From: Geosiphon pyriformis uo1
Taxonomy: Eukaryota; Fungi; Glomeromycota
DNA: 64,000 nucleotides
Assembly (NCBI GenBank): GCA_016748015.1
Contig: JAAOMT010000571.1
Coordinates: 1,360,524 to 1,424,523, forward strand
Direction: 5' to 3'
The notes below the pieces were generated by a model. The model made no database searches. It was not told the origin of the DNA and was given only the letters and a program-made list of their open reading frames with translations. The first letter of the stretch is position 1. Each line of letters starts with the position of its first letter. Below are positions 1 through 14,300 of this stretch, in pieces. The translations under genes and the position numbers were made by a program.

Positions 1-1104
1 TGGTACAATGTAAAAGTACTTTGTTTTCAATCTTGAATTCAACTGGTTTATCTAATAATTGGTTATATTGTCATTTTTTTTGTTTTTTTTGTGATCTTTG
101 AATGTTATTAGCTGCTCTTTGTCTTTTGTTTTTTAACATTTTTATTAAGTTATATGTTCTTCTCAACAATGTTTTCTGGAAGTTAACTTTTGTTATTGGT
201 TTTATTAAATATGTGTTGATGTTTATTTCAACTGGTAATATTGCTGTTCTACTATAAACAAGTTTAAATAATGTTGTTTGTGTAGTATCTTGCTTTATTG
301 TCTAATAAGCAAATAATACTAATAGTATAAACAAATTCCATTCATTCTGGTTTTTTTGGCTGATTTTTGCTATTGCTTTACACAATATTCTGTTGAACTT
401 TTCTACTAAGCCATTTGTTTGTAGATAATATAAGGATAATAATGGTTTTTTGATCTTAAATTTTTGACTTAATTTTGTTAATGTTTTGTTTACAAAGTGA
501 GTTTCTTAATCAGATAATAATTTTTTTGGACATCCATATTAACAAATCAAGTCTTGGTGGACAAATTTGGCTACAGATTCTGCATCTGCTCTTTGAATTG
601 TTTTTGCTTTTGGCCATTTTGTAAGATAGTTCATAGCTATTGCTATGTACTTATTGCCTTTACTAATTATTATTAATGATCCAACTAAGTCAATTTTAAT
701 TTGATCAAATAGTTGTCTCACTTTAATTGGTTTTAGTGGTTCACTGAGTTTTGTTCCTTCTCTTTTTTGACAAGCATTACAATTTTGAATGTATTAAATA
801 ATGTTTGAATACATAGATGACCAATAGTATCTTTTTCTGGTTTTTTTTATGGTTGCTTCTTTATGAAAATATCCTGCTGTTGGATCTGAGTACATGTTAA
901 ATAGTATTGTTTTTTCTTTGATTTTGTAATTATTCTGAGTGGTTGATTTGGATATTTTCTGTTCTTCTAATATAATATATCTTGGTAAGTAATAAAATAT
1001 TTTGATTGTTGTTTTATGTTGTTTTGTTTCTTTTGAAATAATTTTTTCTAAAACTGTTGAGTATTAATATAATATTAGAGTTATTAATATTTTTGTGTAT
1101 TTAT
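1..1104 (-). pseudogene. int: Integrase ORF of copy A (partial, many stops)
   Basis: Core motifs IDLVG and YLTKWP; start codon decayed to ATA at 1104-1102. Confidence 0.85.
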
Positions 1105-1134
1105 CTTTTGTTATATTTTTGAGTTGAAATGTTC

Positions 1135-4100
1135 TTAGATTTGTTTTATTTATGACAAATCATCAACATTTCTGTTTTCTTTATCTTTTTTATAATGTAC
1201 TGTATAATTAAATGGTGATAGTTTTATTTTCCATCTTGCATAGTAGTTGTCTTCAAATTCTTGCTTTTGGATTAATGTTAATTTTTTGTAATTAGTGTAT
1301 ACATTAAAATTTTGACTCAAATATTCTTTCTATTTTATAACAACTCAATAGATAGTTAAATATTCTAATGCTAAAGTTCTATAGTTCTTTTCAATTAGGC
1401 TTAAGCTTCAGCTGGGATATATTACTAAGTGTTTTTTTTTATCTGGTTTTTTTTGAAATAATATGGCTCCTAATGCTTAACTTAATACATTGGTAGTAAT
1501 AATGAATAACTTGCTGTGATCTGAATAAATTAGTACTAGTGCTTGAATAAGCTTTTTTCTTAAGATGTTAAAAGCTTTTTGTTGGGTCTCAGTCTATTTA
1601 TATTTCACATTTTTTGCTTGGAGCTGGTAAAGTGGTTAAGCCAATTTGGAGAATTTTTGAATAAAGTGGTAATAGTATTCAGCAAATTCCAAGAATGCTT
1701 TTAATTCCATAAGATTTGTTAGTACCAAAAAGTTTTTAAAAATCTTAATTTTGTCTGGATCTGTTTTAATGCTGTTTTTGCTCATAATATGTCCTAAAAA
1801 TTTCAGTTTTGTTTTGCCAAAGAAGCACTTGTTTGTGTTTAGTTTCAATCTGGCTCTTTTTAATTTTTCAAACACTTATTAGAGATAATAGAGATAATCA
1901 TTAAATGTCTTAAAAAACACATTGGTATTATCTAAATACATGACTACTAATTTTTATAGTAATTCAGTGTAAACAATTTTCATAAGCCATTGAAATATGG
2001 CTGGTATGTTGGTTAGTCCAAAAAGCATAACATCAAACTCAAAATTTCCTTCTCTAATTATAAATATGGTCTTTTCCTTATCTTTTGGTTTTATGGCTAC
2101 TTGTTAGTACCCACTGTCTAGATTCAATATTGAAAACTATTTTTTTCCTCCAAATGCATTGAATAGTTCTTAAATTCGTGAAGTTAAATAGCTGTTTCTC
2201 TAAGTCACACTATTAAGCTTTTTGTAATTCACACAAAAGTGGATTTTTTCATTTTTCTTCTGGATTAATACTATTGATAATGACTATGGACTCATTAATA
2301 GTTGAATTAATCTGTTGTTCAATATTCTATTGATTTCTTGTTAAATGATTTTATGGCTTGTTGATGGTACTCAATATGCTTATTGTTTAATTGGTATAGT
2401 ATCTTCAGTTTTGATCTGATATTAGATGATATCAGTTCTGCCAAATTCGTTTTTACTGGCAAAAATGTTAGTAAAATTATTGAGTAGTATTTTAAGCTGT
2501 ATATGTTGAAGTGGGTCTAAGTTTTCCAAGTTTATTTGGTCCAATTGTTTTGGTTAGAGCAAATAATATTCTTTTCATCCATATATTGTTTGTGATGTAA
2601 TATCCACATATCTGTACAATTGTAGAAAATCTAAAATAGTGTTTGGTGGTTGGTTTTTAATTTTAGTGTTCAAATATTCAATAGTAATTTCACTTGATAT
2701 TTTAATAGTGTTTTTAGTTGTATTGTAGATAGAAATTTTAATGTACTTACAGTTCTTAGCCAGTATATAGAAATTGGTAATTCTAATCTTTTTTGATTCA
2801 CAAATAGTTGGTTTTACTTCAAAAATCTGGGGCTGATTTTTTATTTTCCTTTCTATTACTAACATATACTGGTTATATGGTGAAATAGAAACTGATTCAT
2901 TGGTGGAAATAATTTCTTCTTTATCAATAGTTTTTTCTTCTGTTATATTGACTGGTATATCTATTTTACTTATGGACCCAAATCCATTTTTTCTTCTTGC
3001 TGTAATTACTAACTCTTCCCTTTTTTTTACTAAAACTAATTAGGCTATTTTAATTAAAGACAGGAATATTGCTTGTACTATTTTTTCATTTGGCCCAATA
3101 ATATATGGTTTTTCTGAATCATTTTGTATCATTGCAATAATATTTCTTACATATTTTGTGTCAATTATTTCTTCTCGAATACTGATTTTTTTCTTGGTTA
3201 AACTAGATCTGAATGCTATTTGAACTATTGTTGTTGCTGAGATTTCCAATGCTATTTTTAAATCAATACAAGTCTGTGTATTAGGCTCTAATGTTATGGC
3301 ATATTTTTTTAAATACCTTAGAACAAATTCTGTATTAGTATTATGTGCACATTCTGGCATAATATCTTTATTATTATCACTAAACTATTTTAGTTCTTGT
3401 TTCATAGATAGATCTGAAAGTGTGATATATTGCTTGAATTTTAAATTAGAGTTTAAATTGTCATTGTTGTTGTTATAGTAAACAGAGTTAGAATCATTGT
3501 TGTTATTATTATCAGAGTCTAAATCAGGATTGAGTTTCAATTTTGATTCTACTGCTTACTTGCTGATTGGTTTTTTCTTTTTGGGAATTGAATAGATCAT
3601 TTGTGGTGGTAGATTATAAATGAGATCACAATTGTTATAGTATTCAAAATCACTAAGAATCAAACAGTGCTTGTATAACTTTGTATTTAATTGTTCTAGC
3701 CTTTGTTTCTGTTCTTTTTTAGTTGGTGTTAGATTCTAATAGTGCTTGTGAATTTGTTCTAGATTATTTTCAATGTTATTAACAATGTCAAATATGAAAA
3801 TGTATTTGGGTTCAAAGAGTATAAGTGAGTTATTTTTAATTTTCAGTAGTTCATTGGATGTAGCACTTTTAACTTTAGTACTTACTATTTTTCAGATCTT
3901 GTGTTTATCATATAAATAGCTTTTTAAACATTTCAATATTCATTTCCAGATGTTGTTAATTGGAGTTTTTTTTTGTATCCAATTATTGATTAGAATTGTG
4001 TATTGACATATTTTGTCACATGTTTTTTTTTGTCCAGGAATGTTGTTTCATATTCCTTTGTTAAGAAAAATTATTTCACATGTGAAACAAGGCTTGTTAT

Positions 4101-7100
4101 CCTATTTTCCTTATTGTTTGGATCATTCAAACCTTTTTAAGATGCATAAGTAATAGTAGTATTTGGTTGCTATTGGCTATTTTTTATTATTATCACAACA
4201 TGTGCCTATTGTTGACAATTTTTTGCCACAATCAACACAAACTAGTTTGGATTAACAATAATTTGGCTGACTTTAAGTGGTAGTAGTATATAATATATAT
4301 GTTAAGATAATTGTTTAGAATTTTTTTTTTTCTTTCTAACTAGATACTGGTAGTAGACTTTTATGGCTTTTCTTGGTCTATAATACTTGGTAGACTTTCC
4401 AAATGGGTTTCTTTTTTTCTTCTTTAAATTCAATTAATGAGTTTTGAATAGTATTGCTTGGTTTGAAATGACTGCATATGACTGGTACCCTAGTATGTTA
4501 ACTATTTTGGCTAAACTATAGCTTTTAAGTGATCTAGTTAAACATAGTGCTAATCTTAAACAGCCAATTATTACCAATTAGTGTTTGGTATTGTGTGGCT
4601 TTCATAACAAGAACTTTGATTGGCATGATAATACTATTAACTTTGAATAGAAAGTTGTCAATTTTGTTAATTAAAGTTTTTGTTGTTTTATCAGTAGTAA
4701 TTATTCTTATGTTAACAGCTTGATCAACTCAGCAATCTAATTGGTTCATAAGTTGTCATGTAATAATGCTGTCTGTGGATTCACTATCAAGAATAAGCTT
4801 AATAGATTGGCCATTTACTTTGGGGTCTATATATATAGCAGTAATAAGTTTAGTATCAAGGACTGCTCTACTAAATAAAAAAGTTGGCACTGGTTCTTTC
4901 AGTTCAAAAAAAAATATGGCTGGAAGTAATTTATTATTTGTGATGATAACAGGTGAAATATTGTTGGTAAGTGTGGATTGATTGATCTTCTGGTTGTTGG
5001 TTGAGGCATTTTTTAGGATAATAAGAAGACTTAAATAGTTCTGAATATTTGGGTTTTAGGCATAATAGTTTTTTGGATTTGGTTGTCATGTTTTTAATGG
5101 TTGGTTTGATAAAGTGAAAATTAATTGGTATATTACTATTGTCAATCTTTAATTTTGGTGGATCTGAGTAGTTCTCAGTTTTTAATTTCTGGTTTGAGAT
5201 AAGTTTTGGGTTTGATTTTGATTTGGTTGAGACTAATAAATAATTTGAGACTGGGGCAGTTGATAAATTACTGGAATTGGTATCTAATAAATTGGTGGCT
5301 GATAAATTGGCTGTATTATTTGAAAGTAATATGGCTAATATTGGTATTTTTTGGATGATTAATTACTGATGTAGTTTGAAATCTGAAATCTGTGATTGGA
5401 ATTTTGATATTGATTTCTTAATTGTTGATTATTTTCTTTAAAGTGACAATCTATTTTTAGATGTTTTTGTTTACCATAATAGTAGTAATTACATGTTTCT
5501 ATTTGCCATTGTTGATTTAATAATAATAATAGATGTGACTGTTGTTAACCATAGTTAGAATTTCTTAAATTTTTGCAATATTGTAAAGATTGATATATTA
5601 CCTGATTGTTAGGTAAGTATCTCTTCAATTTTTGATTGATTGAATTACTGAATTGCTTCAGTTTAAAATCTAAGTCAGATGATTCATTCATTACTAAATT
5701 TACAGCTTGCATATAATTGGCTTCCAGCTTGGCTGATTTAAAATCTTGGGTACATATAACTGTGTTTTAGAGTATTTGTAAATGTAATAGACATATGTAT
5801 TGTAGGAGACTACTATGCAGGCCATGGATAAACTAATTTAGAATTTGGGGCACTGTGAAATAATCAGCATTAATGGCTTGGATCTGGTGCAAATTTTTGT
5901 GAAAATATCTTAGGTAAGTAGTAATTGTTTTTGTGTTGCCTTGTTTAATAGTAGTAAATGCCATTGCCAAGTGATTAATGCTATTGTTATTGCTAAAATA
6001 TCTCAAAAATTTGGTTTTAAATGTGTTAAAGATGGCAGGTTTGTTGATCAAATTCTGATATCATGAATTACCAGTATTTTGCAAAAAGTATAAGATGGCT
6101 TGTAAAGCTCTGTCATTATTCTAATTATTAGCAGTGATTGCTTTGGTAATATCATTGAGCTATACTTGGGCATTGTTTTCTTTGCCAGTAAACTTTTCTA
6201 ACTTGGCAATAGAAGTGTATATCATTACTATAATTGGTTGTTGTTGTGGTTGTGGTTGTAATTGAAGTGATTATTGTAGCAGTAGTTGAAATTGTGACTG
6301 TTGTTGCTGTTCAGCAATTAATACAACTAGTAGTGGGTCAATCATAATTACTGAAAGTAAGTTTTGAGAAATAATAGGAGCTGGATTTAGATTGTTTGGG
6401 TTTTGTGAAGTCTGAACAATTAGAGTTTAGATTTCTGGGTTTTCTAAGATCGAGTTTTGATAATTGAATTCTTGATCTTCATTTTCTTCTTCTTTTGAAT
6501 TGGTTATTTTTCACAAATTAGTGGCTTCAAAATTGGTTTGAGATGGTGGTAATCAAAATTTTGATGATATTGGTAATTATAATTTAAATCTTTCAAAAAA
6601 ATTGTTATAGATTCTTAATAAATTGGCTTTTTTTTGTTGGTTTTATAATGTTATTCTTGTTAATGATGTTTTTGCTGATAATAATGCACCTTCTAATAGT
6701 ATATTAATAGTACTACTAGACATGTAATAATATAACAGATAAATAAGTGAAACTACTCTTGGTTTCTTCCAAGTAGGTAGTTGTATTTTTCTTGGTATTT
6801 CTGTTAGTATTTGTAATTTTTTTTTTCATTGTCTGTCAAGATAATAGAAAATTGCTGTTTGGTATGTTTCTTAATTTTCCTGTTGATTTCTGTGATTATT
6901 AGAATGAACAAATGATTTTGTAAAAACATAGTACTTTGAAATAATTTACTATAGAAATTGTCAAGTGCTGTTTTCAGATTTTTTTGGTCTCTTAAGTGAA
7001 ACTTAATATTTTCATTAACATAAAAGTTGAAAGTAGATTCTGTTGACCAATAGTTATTTGTTAATCTTAAATAAATTTGATAGTATTAGAATAAAGCTTT

Positions 7101-7145
7101 TACAAATCTCAAGTGGTTTGTCCCTGTTTCTTTTGATTTTGCCAC
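1135..7145 (-). pseudogene. gag-pol: Gag-PR-Cys-rich-dUTPase-RT-RNase H polyprotein of copy A
   Basis: ORF fragments 5833-6051 (capsid-like FLRYFSNNNSIN), 3040-3360 (dUTPase), 2575-2865, 1636-1875 (RT); ends ...KQI* at 1135. Confidence 0.88.
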
Positions 7146-7190
7146 TGTTTTAGATAATTGCTGTTAATGCTAATTCTCTGTTGGATTATA

Positions 7191-7207
7191 CCTTACAGAG
7201 AGCACCA
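7191..7207 (-). promoter_or_regulatory. Primer-binding site of A (TGGTGCTCTCTGTAAGG)
   Basis: Starts TGG 2 nt after the LTR-terminal CA; matches the PBS of B, G and H. Confidence 0.85.
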
Positions 7208-7209
7208 AA

Positions 7210-8114
7210 TGTTACAGGTGATTATTTGAGATGTTAATACCAATAACAAACTCATAACTTAATGCTCAATAGCTGGTACAATTGGATAATATCTAAAGGT
7301 TTTGGTATTTGAAAGTTTTGGTTGAGTTTTTTGTATAATGAACAGAGATTCAATAGTGATATCTTTTTGTAATGTTTTTGATTCTTCCCCAACTCTTGAA
7401 TTGGTATGCATTGTTGTTTGTAGTCTTCTGGAAAATTCTTTTATCAATTTTTTTTAGCTTAATGGCTGGTTTTCTGGTAAGCTATTCTCAAATTTCAAGT
7501 GTTTATTCTTATTTTTGGGTCTTTTACCAGCTTTTTTGACATTAATAATTTTGCATGTTTAATTTTTTAATCAATTAGCAAATAATACAACAAAAAAGAA
7601 ATAAAAAAAATAAAGAAAAAATGAAAATAAAATAAAATAAAAAATTAGTATTCTGTTAATAGTCATAATCAAAAATTATTATTAACATGAAGTGTTAATA
7701 AATAGAAGAATGATTAGATTCTCAATTAAATGATAACAACATAAATTGGATAATAATAAGTAGGTTTTTATTGAATATTTTAATGAATTTATTTCAGTTA
7801 ATAGTAACTATCTGTAAAGTAAGGATTATTTAATAGATAAAAAATGGAATGCTAAACTAAAACTGAACTGAATTTTTCTTTTTTTTTTTACTTCTAATGC
7901 TATTGTTATATATATAGTTGGTGTTATATAAGATTCCTAAAATCCTGCAATTCCTTTAGAGAAATTCTGAAATTCTAGAATCCTGCAATTTTTTATGAAG
8001 AATTCTGGGATTCTGGAATCTTATAATTTCTTTAGAGGAATCTTAGAATTCTTTTATTACTACATTTATTTCTAATTGGCTATTTCTATAATACCCTAAT
8101 TTTTATAAATAACA
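7210..8114 (-). repeat. 5' LTR of A
   Basis: TGTTAC...ATAACA termini, GAATTC/GGATTC-rich U3 repeats, TATATATA box; similar to LTR 25363-26194. Confidence 0.85.
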
Positions 8115-10435
8115 ATACTTACTATGAATTTACAAATAATTTTTTAATGATTATAATATTGTATTTCAAAAAATTGCTTGGATCTAAGAAATATACAAAA
8201 TCTTTTGTAATAAAAATTTTTAGTTAAATTTAATATATAAATAATGAATTATATCAAAGAGAAATATAATGACTAAAATACTTATCATGTATTTAATTGA
8301 ATTATGATTTAGTTTTAAAATTGGTTTTTTAGACTGTAAAAAAAATTTTGATTGTTGAATATTTTAACAACTTATTAGAATATAATATATAATAGCTTAT
8401 TATAATAATCAAAAAACTTATATTAGTTAATGTTAATTTAAAGAAATTAGATTGAAATTGAAAGATTTTTGGTTTTACCTTAATTGAGAAAACTGAAGTT
8501 GTCTTAAAGCCAATAATTTTGAATAGCTTTTTTTTTTAGTGTTGTATATTTTCTAACAAGTTTGTTTTAATGCAAAAAATATAGGAAATATATTAGTTTA
8601 AGTAAATAAAACCCAGATTTTTTTGTAAAAATTTAATAAACTTCTCATTTGTAAAAATTTAACATCTTTAAAAATGTATAAATTATTATTAAAATATATA
8701 ACATTTTCGAAATCAATTGCAAGTTCTGATTAAATTCATAAATAGATAATATCCTTTTAAATTTTCTGCTAATATAATATAGAAAACATATATTAAGTAT
8801 TAAATAACCAATGAGAAAAAAATACATAGTACCAATCTTAATCATGTTTAAGAATCTTAGCTTTTTAATTACATTATAATATTCTAGATATTTTTTTTTA
8901 AATGGTAAATCCATAAATAATTCGGCATATTATTAATCACTGAATATGAAAATAAGAAGTTACAACTAGGCTGTAATACTAAAAATGAAATTTATCTCAA
9001 ATATTCTTATTTACTATCTTTTTAATTAACAATTATTTGCAATAAATTTTTTATTAACTCTAAGAGATTGGCTTTAATTTGAAAATCAGGTTTTTTTTGA
9101 GTTAGTTGTTTAATTGTCAATGTTAAACTTTTTTGCTCAAATTCTTTGTTATAAGTCAAAGAAGTTTTTGTAATAACTATTTTTATTAATGTTACTTGAA
9201 TTTTTGGCTCAGATAATTTTCTTGATCCCAATAGAAAATTTTCTTTGATGAATGCCAAAAAAGTTTTTTTTGATTGCTTTTTATTCAAAAATACAAAACA
9301 AAAATTAAAGTTTAAATTGGAACCAAAAAAATTTAAAAAATAGATATATATCTAAGTTAAAAACATTATTTTTATTGTGATACAATTTTGTTGTATAATA
9401 TTACATGGTTCAAATTTTTTAATTCTGTCCAAGCACTAATTACACACTAGATTAATATTACATCACATAAAAAAATACCACTTCATTTTAAAGGAAAAAG
9501 AAAAGCTAAAGATTAAGTTAGAAATGCAAAAAGATTATATAAAAAAACACATTATACCATTTCAATAAATGATCATAATATTGAAGTAAACGAATTTAAT
9601 AGACTAGATATTAGTAATAGAAAGTGGGATAATAATGATGATAATTAATAAGATAATACAGAAGATATAGAAGCCACAATTAGAATAAATACAAAATTAA
9701 AAGAACTCAATTTAGTATGAAAAAATAACAATCATCTAAAAAAAAAAGTAAAGCCTTTACATAACAAAAAAAATACCAAAGTCAACTTATTATAATAAAT
9801 ATGGACCAAATAGTTTATTTACCAAAGCAACAGCCAGAACTAAAAAAATCACCACTTTTTTTAATATTAGTAATGCTTAAACTACAGACTTATAATAACC
9901 CAAATCTAATAAATCTTTAAGCAATTCAGAAAGTAAGATTGATCTGTATGTCAGTTAAATAAAAAAAGAGCAAGAGTTAAAAAAACATTTAGAAAAACAA
10001 TATGCTTAGTTAATTGTCTTTGAATATAATCAAAAAAGAGCTATTTTTGAATATTTTACTTTGTTAAATAATAATAATAGACGTAAAAAAATTAATGCCA
10101 ATTTGAAAATTGCCCAGAAAATTTTTATTGATGATAGTATATGGAAAGCATAAAAAATTTGATATTTTGCAAAGTATTGGTTGCTTAATGATAAGTTTTC
10201 AATATTAAAATATAGAAAATACCAAAAAATAATTAGAATAATTAATGATAAAAACATTGTGGAAAAATATTATATTTGAATTAGAAACCAAAACTTGAAT
10301 GCCATTTCAGCCACATTAAAAAATTCATTGAGCATAAATTGTTTTCTAATATTGGAATAATGAAAAAAAACTATTAGTCTTATAACTACAGTAAAATGGC
10401 TCAAAATTTTTGGTTATTTATTTCAACAATATTAT

Positions 10436-11278
10436 TATTACTCATAAAAAAAAAACAGATATAGAAAATAGTAAATTAATAGGAAAATAGTAGTTAGCAC
10501 ATGAGCATATTGCTCAGCAATGTGAAACAATATTAGAAATCACAGCACATTGCTTAGCAATATGAAGTGATGTTAAAAAATTAGGGCACATTGCTTAAGA
10601 AATCATAATACATTGCTCAGGAATGTAAGCAATCTCATAGAACATCAATTATGTATATATAGCAGTAGTATTAGAAAAAAAAAAGACAGACCTCCCAGTT
10701 TAGATTTGATCTAAGCAATCTTTCATTCACAAATATCAAATAAATAATTATTCACTATCTCAATTTACTCTTTATTATTAATACTTTATGTTAATAGTAA
10801 TTGATACTTAAACCATGAAATAATAGTTCTTGATTATGGCTATTGATAGAATACTAACATTTATCACTTTGGCTTATTTCTTTTATTTTTATTTTATTTT
10901 CTTTTGTTATTTCATTTGTTTTACTAATTGATTAAAGAGTAAAAGCACTGAATTATTGACATCAAAGATAGCCTGGTAAAAGACTCCAAAGAAAGTGTAT
11001 AATATTGAGAATTTAAAGATAACTTACTAAAAAGACATCTCTGTCAAATTACCAGCCACTATGCTGAGAAAAAAATTGGATAGAATTGCAATTCTGAGAG
11101 ACTACTGAAACAACTATTGAATCTCTGTTCATTATATAAAAAACTCAACAACACAATTTTCAGACTATCAAAACCTTCAGATTAACCAAATCTTCAGAAA
11201 TCATCATCATTATATTAATTGAACACCAAGTTATGGGTTTGTTATTTGCTTTGAGACCCCAAATAATCATTTGTAACA
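10436..11278 (+). repeat. 5' LTR of B
   Basis: T(A)TTAC...GTAACA termini; direct repeat of 21089-21874; TATA-like box ~10654-10661. Confidence 0.93.
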
Positions 11279-11280
11279 TT

Positions 11281-11297
11281 TGGTGCTTCCTGTGAGG
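11281..11297 (+). promoter_or_regulatory. Primer-binding site of B (TGGTGCTTCCTGTGAGG)
   Basis: Complementary to a tRNA 3' end CCTCACAGGAAGCA-CCA, 2 nt after the LTR. Confidence 0.9.
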
Positions 11298-11340
11298 TAT
11301 AATTTTACAGAAAACCAGCACCAATGACAATCATCTAAAA

Positions 11341-14300
11341 GTGGCAGAATCAGAAATCATAGGGACAAACTATTTAGAATTCACTAAATTCTTATTTCAA
11401 CAGTACAGTCAACAATTGAACTTAACCAACAACTATTATCCAGCAGAATCAGCCTTTAACTTTTATGTCAACAAAAAAATCACAGATTTTCTGGAAAGAC
11501 CAGTTGACATTGAATCAGCAAGAGAAAATTTCTATACAGAATTAATTTAATACACCAGCTTACCATGAAATTACAGTTTCATACCAATTATTAGAGAAAT
11601 TAATCAAGCAATTAAAAGATATACACAACAACAATTCCCTATTACCTATGCAGATAAGGGTAAAGAAAAGCTCCAAACACCAGCAGTAACTCCAAAAAGA
11701 ATACAATTACCAATATGGAAGAAACAAAGATTTGAATTTCTACTATATTTATTATATTACCACACATCCAAAAGTACTATCAATATCACATCAAATGCGA
11801 CATCAATATTTGGATAACTTCTATTTCAAAGTAAACAAAAGAAAGCAGAATTATTAGGAACCTATGGCAATTACTTCAAAGGATTTAAATTATGATTGCC
11901 AACACCATCAGGATTTCGATCACCACCACCTCCACCAGATTTTGAAACTGCAAGTCCTTGGAAAATAATGGCATTAAAAGAAGAGAAAAAAGAGGACCAA
12001 GAATTTAATTATCAAAATCCAATTGTGGAAAATCTGAAAATTAAAACTCTGAATATTCAAACCCAGCAAACTCCAAATAATCCAAATTCCAAGTTAATTA
12101 ATTAAGAAAACTTACCTCCAGAAATCATCATCAATTAGCAACAGATTAATCCAATTGCTAAACAACTTCAACAGCCACCAATATTACTCTAACAAATACT
12201 CCTTCAATTACCACAACAACCAAACTTGGATTCAATAACTTATGTCCCAATAGCAAAGCTTGAAAAGTTCACAGGTAAAAAAGATAATGCCCAAGTATGG
12301 CTGAACAATATGGAAAAAGCCATCACAGCCAACAGATGAAATGATACTAGAGCTATACAAGCCATTTCATATTTCCTCCAAAATACTGTTAACTCGTGAT
12401 ATCAAAGCTTGGTTAACAAACCTTAAGATTTCAATACATTCAAACTTGCATTTCTGCAATATTTTAACAATAATAATAGTATCAACTGATTGGCCAACAC
12501 TTTTACCACTATCAAGCAAAGAGAAAATAAAGCAGTCACTACTTATTTGGAATGCTTCCACAGAAATCTGCACCAGATTCAGGCCATATAGGCTGATTAT
12601 TTCACAGTGCCACAAATTCTAAACCAATTCATTAGAGGCCTGCACAGTAGCATTCTTCAATACATATGCCTAATGCATTCAGCAGACCTTCAAGCTGCAG
12701 TTACAAATGCCAGAAATTTTGAAGCAGCTGAACTCAAAGCCAACTATGCTCAAACCATAAATCTAGTGATGAACAAATTATCTGACTTGGATTCCAAATT
12801 GAAGCAATTCAATAAATCAATCAACCAGAAATTAGAGAGATATTTAGCTAACAACAATCAGGCAATTTATCAATCTTCTCAACAATACAATAATTAAGGA
12901 AACTCTAATCACGTCTAAAATTAACCACATCCAGTATTGTCAACCAATCACCAGTGGTAGCAGAAAATGCATGTATGCTACTATTGTGGTAAACAAAAAC
13001 ATTTGCAATTTGAATGTTGCAAAAAGATAAGCAACCTAAAATCAGCTAATTAGTATCGAAACTCTGATTACTGACTTTAAACTCAGAATTACATCAGTAA
13101 TCAATTACCAGAACAATACCAATCTTAATTATATTACTTTTTAGTAATGCAACTGATTTATCAAATTTCAATGATATAGCAATTATACTCACTTTCAGTA
13201 TATCAGTCTCTAGCATCAATCTATCAACCAACAACACCCATAATTTATCAACCATCACAATCACAAGTAATCTATTAGACATTAGCAATCTCAACCCCAA
13301 ATTCAGCTCAGATGACATCAGAAAATCCCAGATCCAGAGTCACTTAAAACTGGAGATTAATGATAGTTGTCTACCAACTGATTTCCAGTTCATCTATCTA
13401 GTAGACAGGATTACACTAGTAGAGTTCAGGAACTGGGTATACTCAAAATCCAAGTTCCCAAAACTATTTAAGTCTCTTGGTAACTTCAGAAGACACTTCA
13501 CTTAACAACACAAAACTTAACCAAAAACAACCACTCACCAGCAATATACTTCCAGCCACCATTACCAATAATGAAACATTCACAGCTATCTTTCCATTCG
13601 AACTTAAGGAACTGACATCCATGTTCTTGTTTAGTGGAGTTACACTTGAAGAAAAACCAATTATTGCCATATACACTAATACCAAAGTCAATGGCCATTC
13701 TATTAAGTTCATTCTTGATAGTGGGTCAGCAGACAGCATTGTTACATGACAACTCATGAATTAATTAGGTTACCAAGTTGATCATACTACCAGTGCCAGA
13801 ATCATAATTACCAAAGAAGTGACCAAAACTCTAATTGGTGAAATAAACAACTTTTCTTTTAAAGTCAATGGTGTTATTGGAGATTTTTGGTCTTTTTTCT
13901 TGAATGTTGTTAATGTTGATTTGCTGTGAATTCACGTTTTTAGGAAGTAGTTGGACCTCCAGTAACTGAATTTATTTTCAAATTATCTCTTATAATTTGA
14001 ACTGCTGGGCTTATAAATGGAATGACCAATTCCATGCCAGTTGCTTGTGTAGTTATGTTGTAATAAATATCAACTCTTTCTCAAGAATTGCTCATTTGGA
14101 AGCTCACTAAAATATGTAGTTATTTTGCTGTGAAAGTCAACTCTTTTACAGAAATCTTGTCTGTAGACTACTCTAATGATTATAATAAAAAGAGGAAAAG
14201 AAAAATAAAAAAAATGTAAAAGAAATAAAATTTTATTAAGGGAAACGTTTTTTTATCCAGGTCTGAAGTCACTAACAGTTTTATTGAAATTGGTAGCTAA

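Larger units (their letters stand above)
1..8114 (-). mobile_element. Ty3/Gypsy LTR retrotransposon copy A, heavily decayed, 3' end outside window
   Basis: Minus-strand order LTR, PBS, gag, protease, dUTPase (3040-3360), RT (1636-1875 KCFFGKTKLKFLGH), integrase (539-721 IDLVGSL...YLTKWPKA); collinear with B and G. Confidence 0.93.

Noticed and set aside
8645-10257. Short minus-strand ORFs as host genes
   Set aside because: Compositional artefacts of very AT-rich DNA; part overlaps the decayed transposase on the plus strand.
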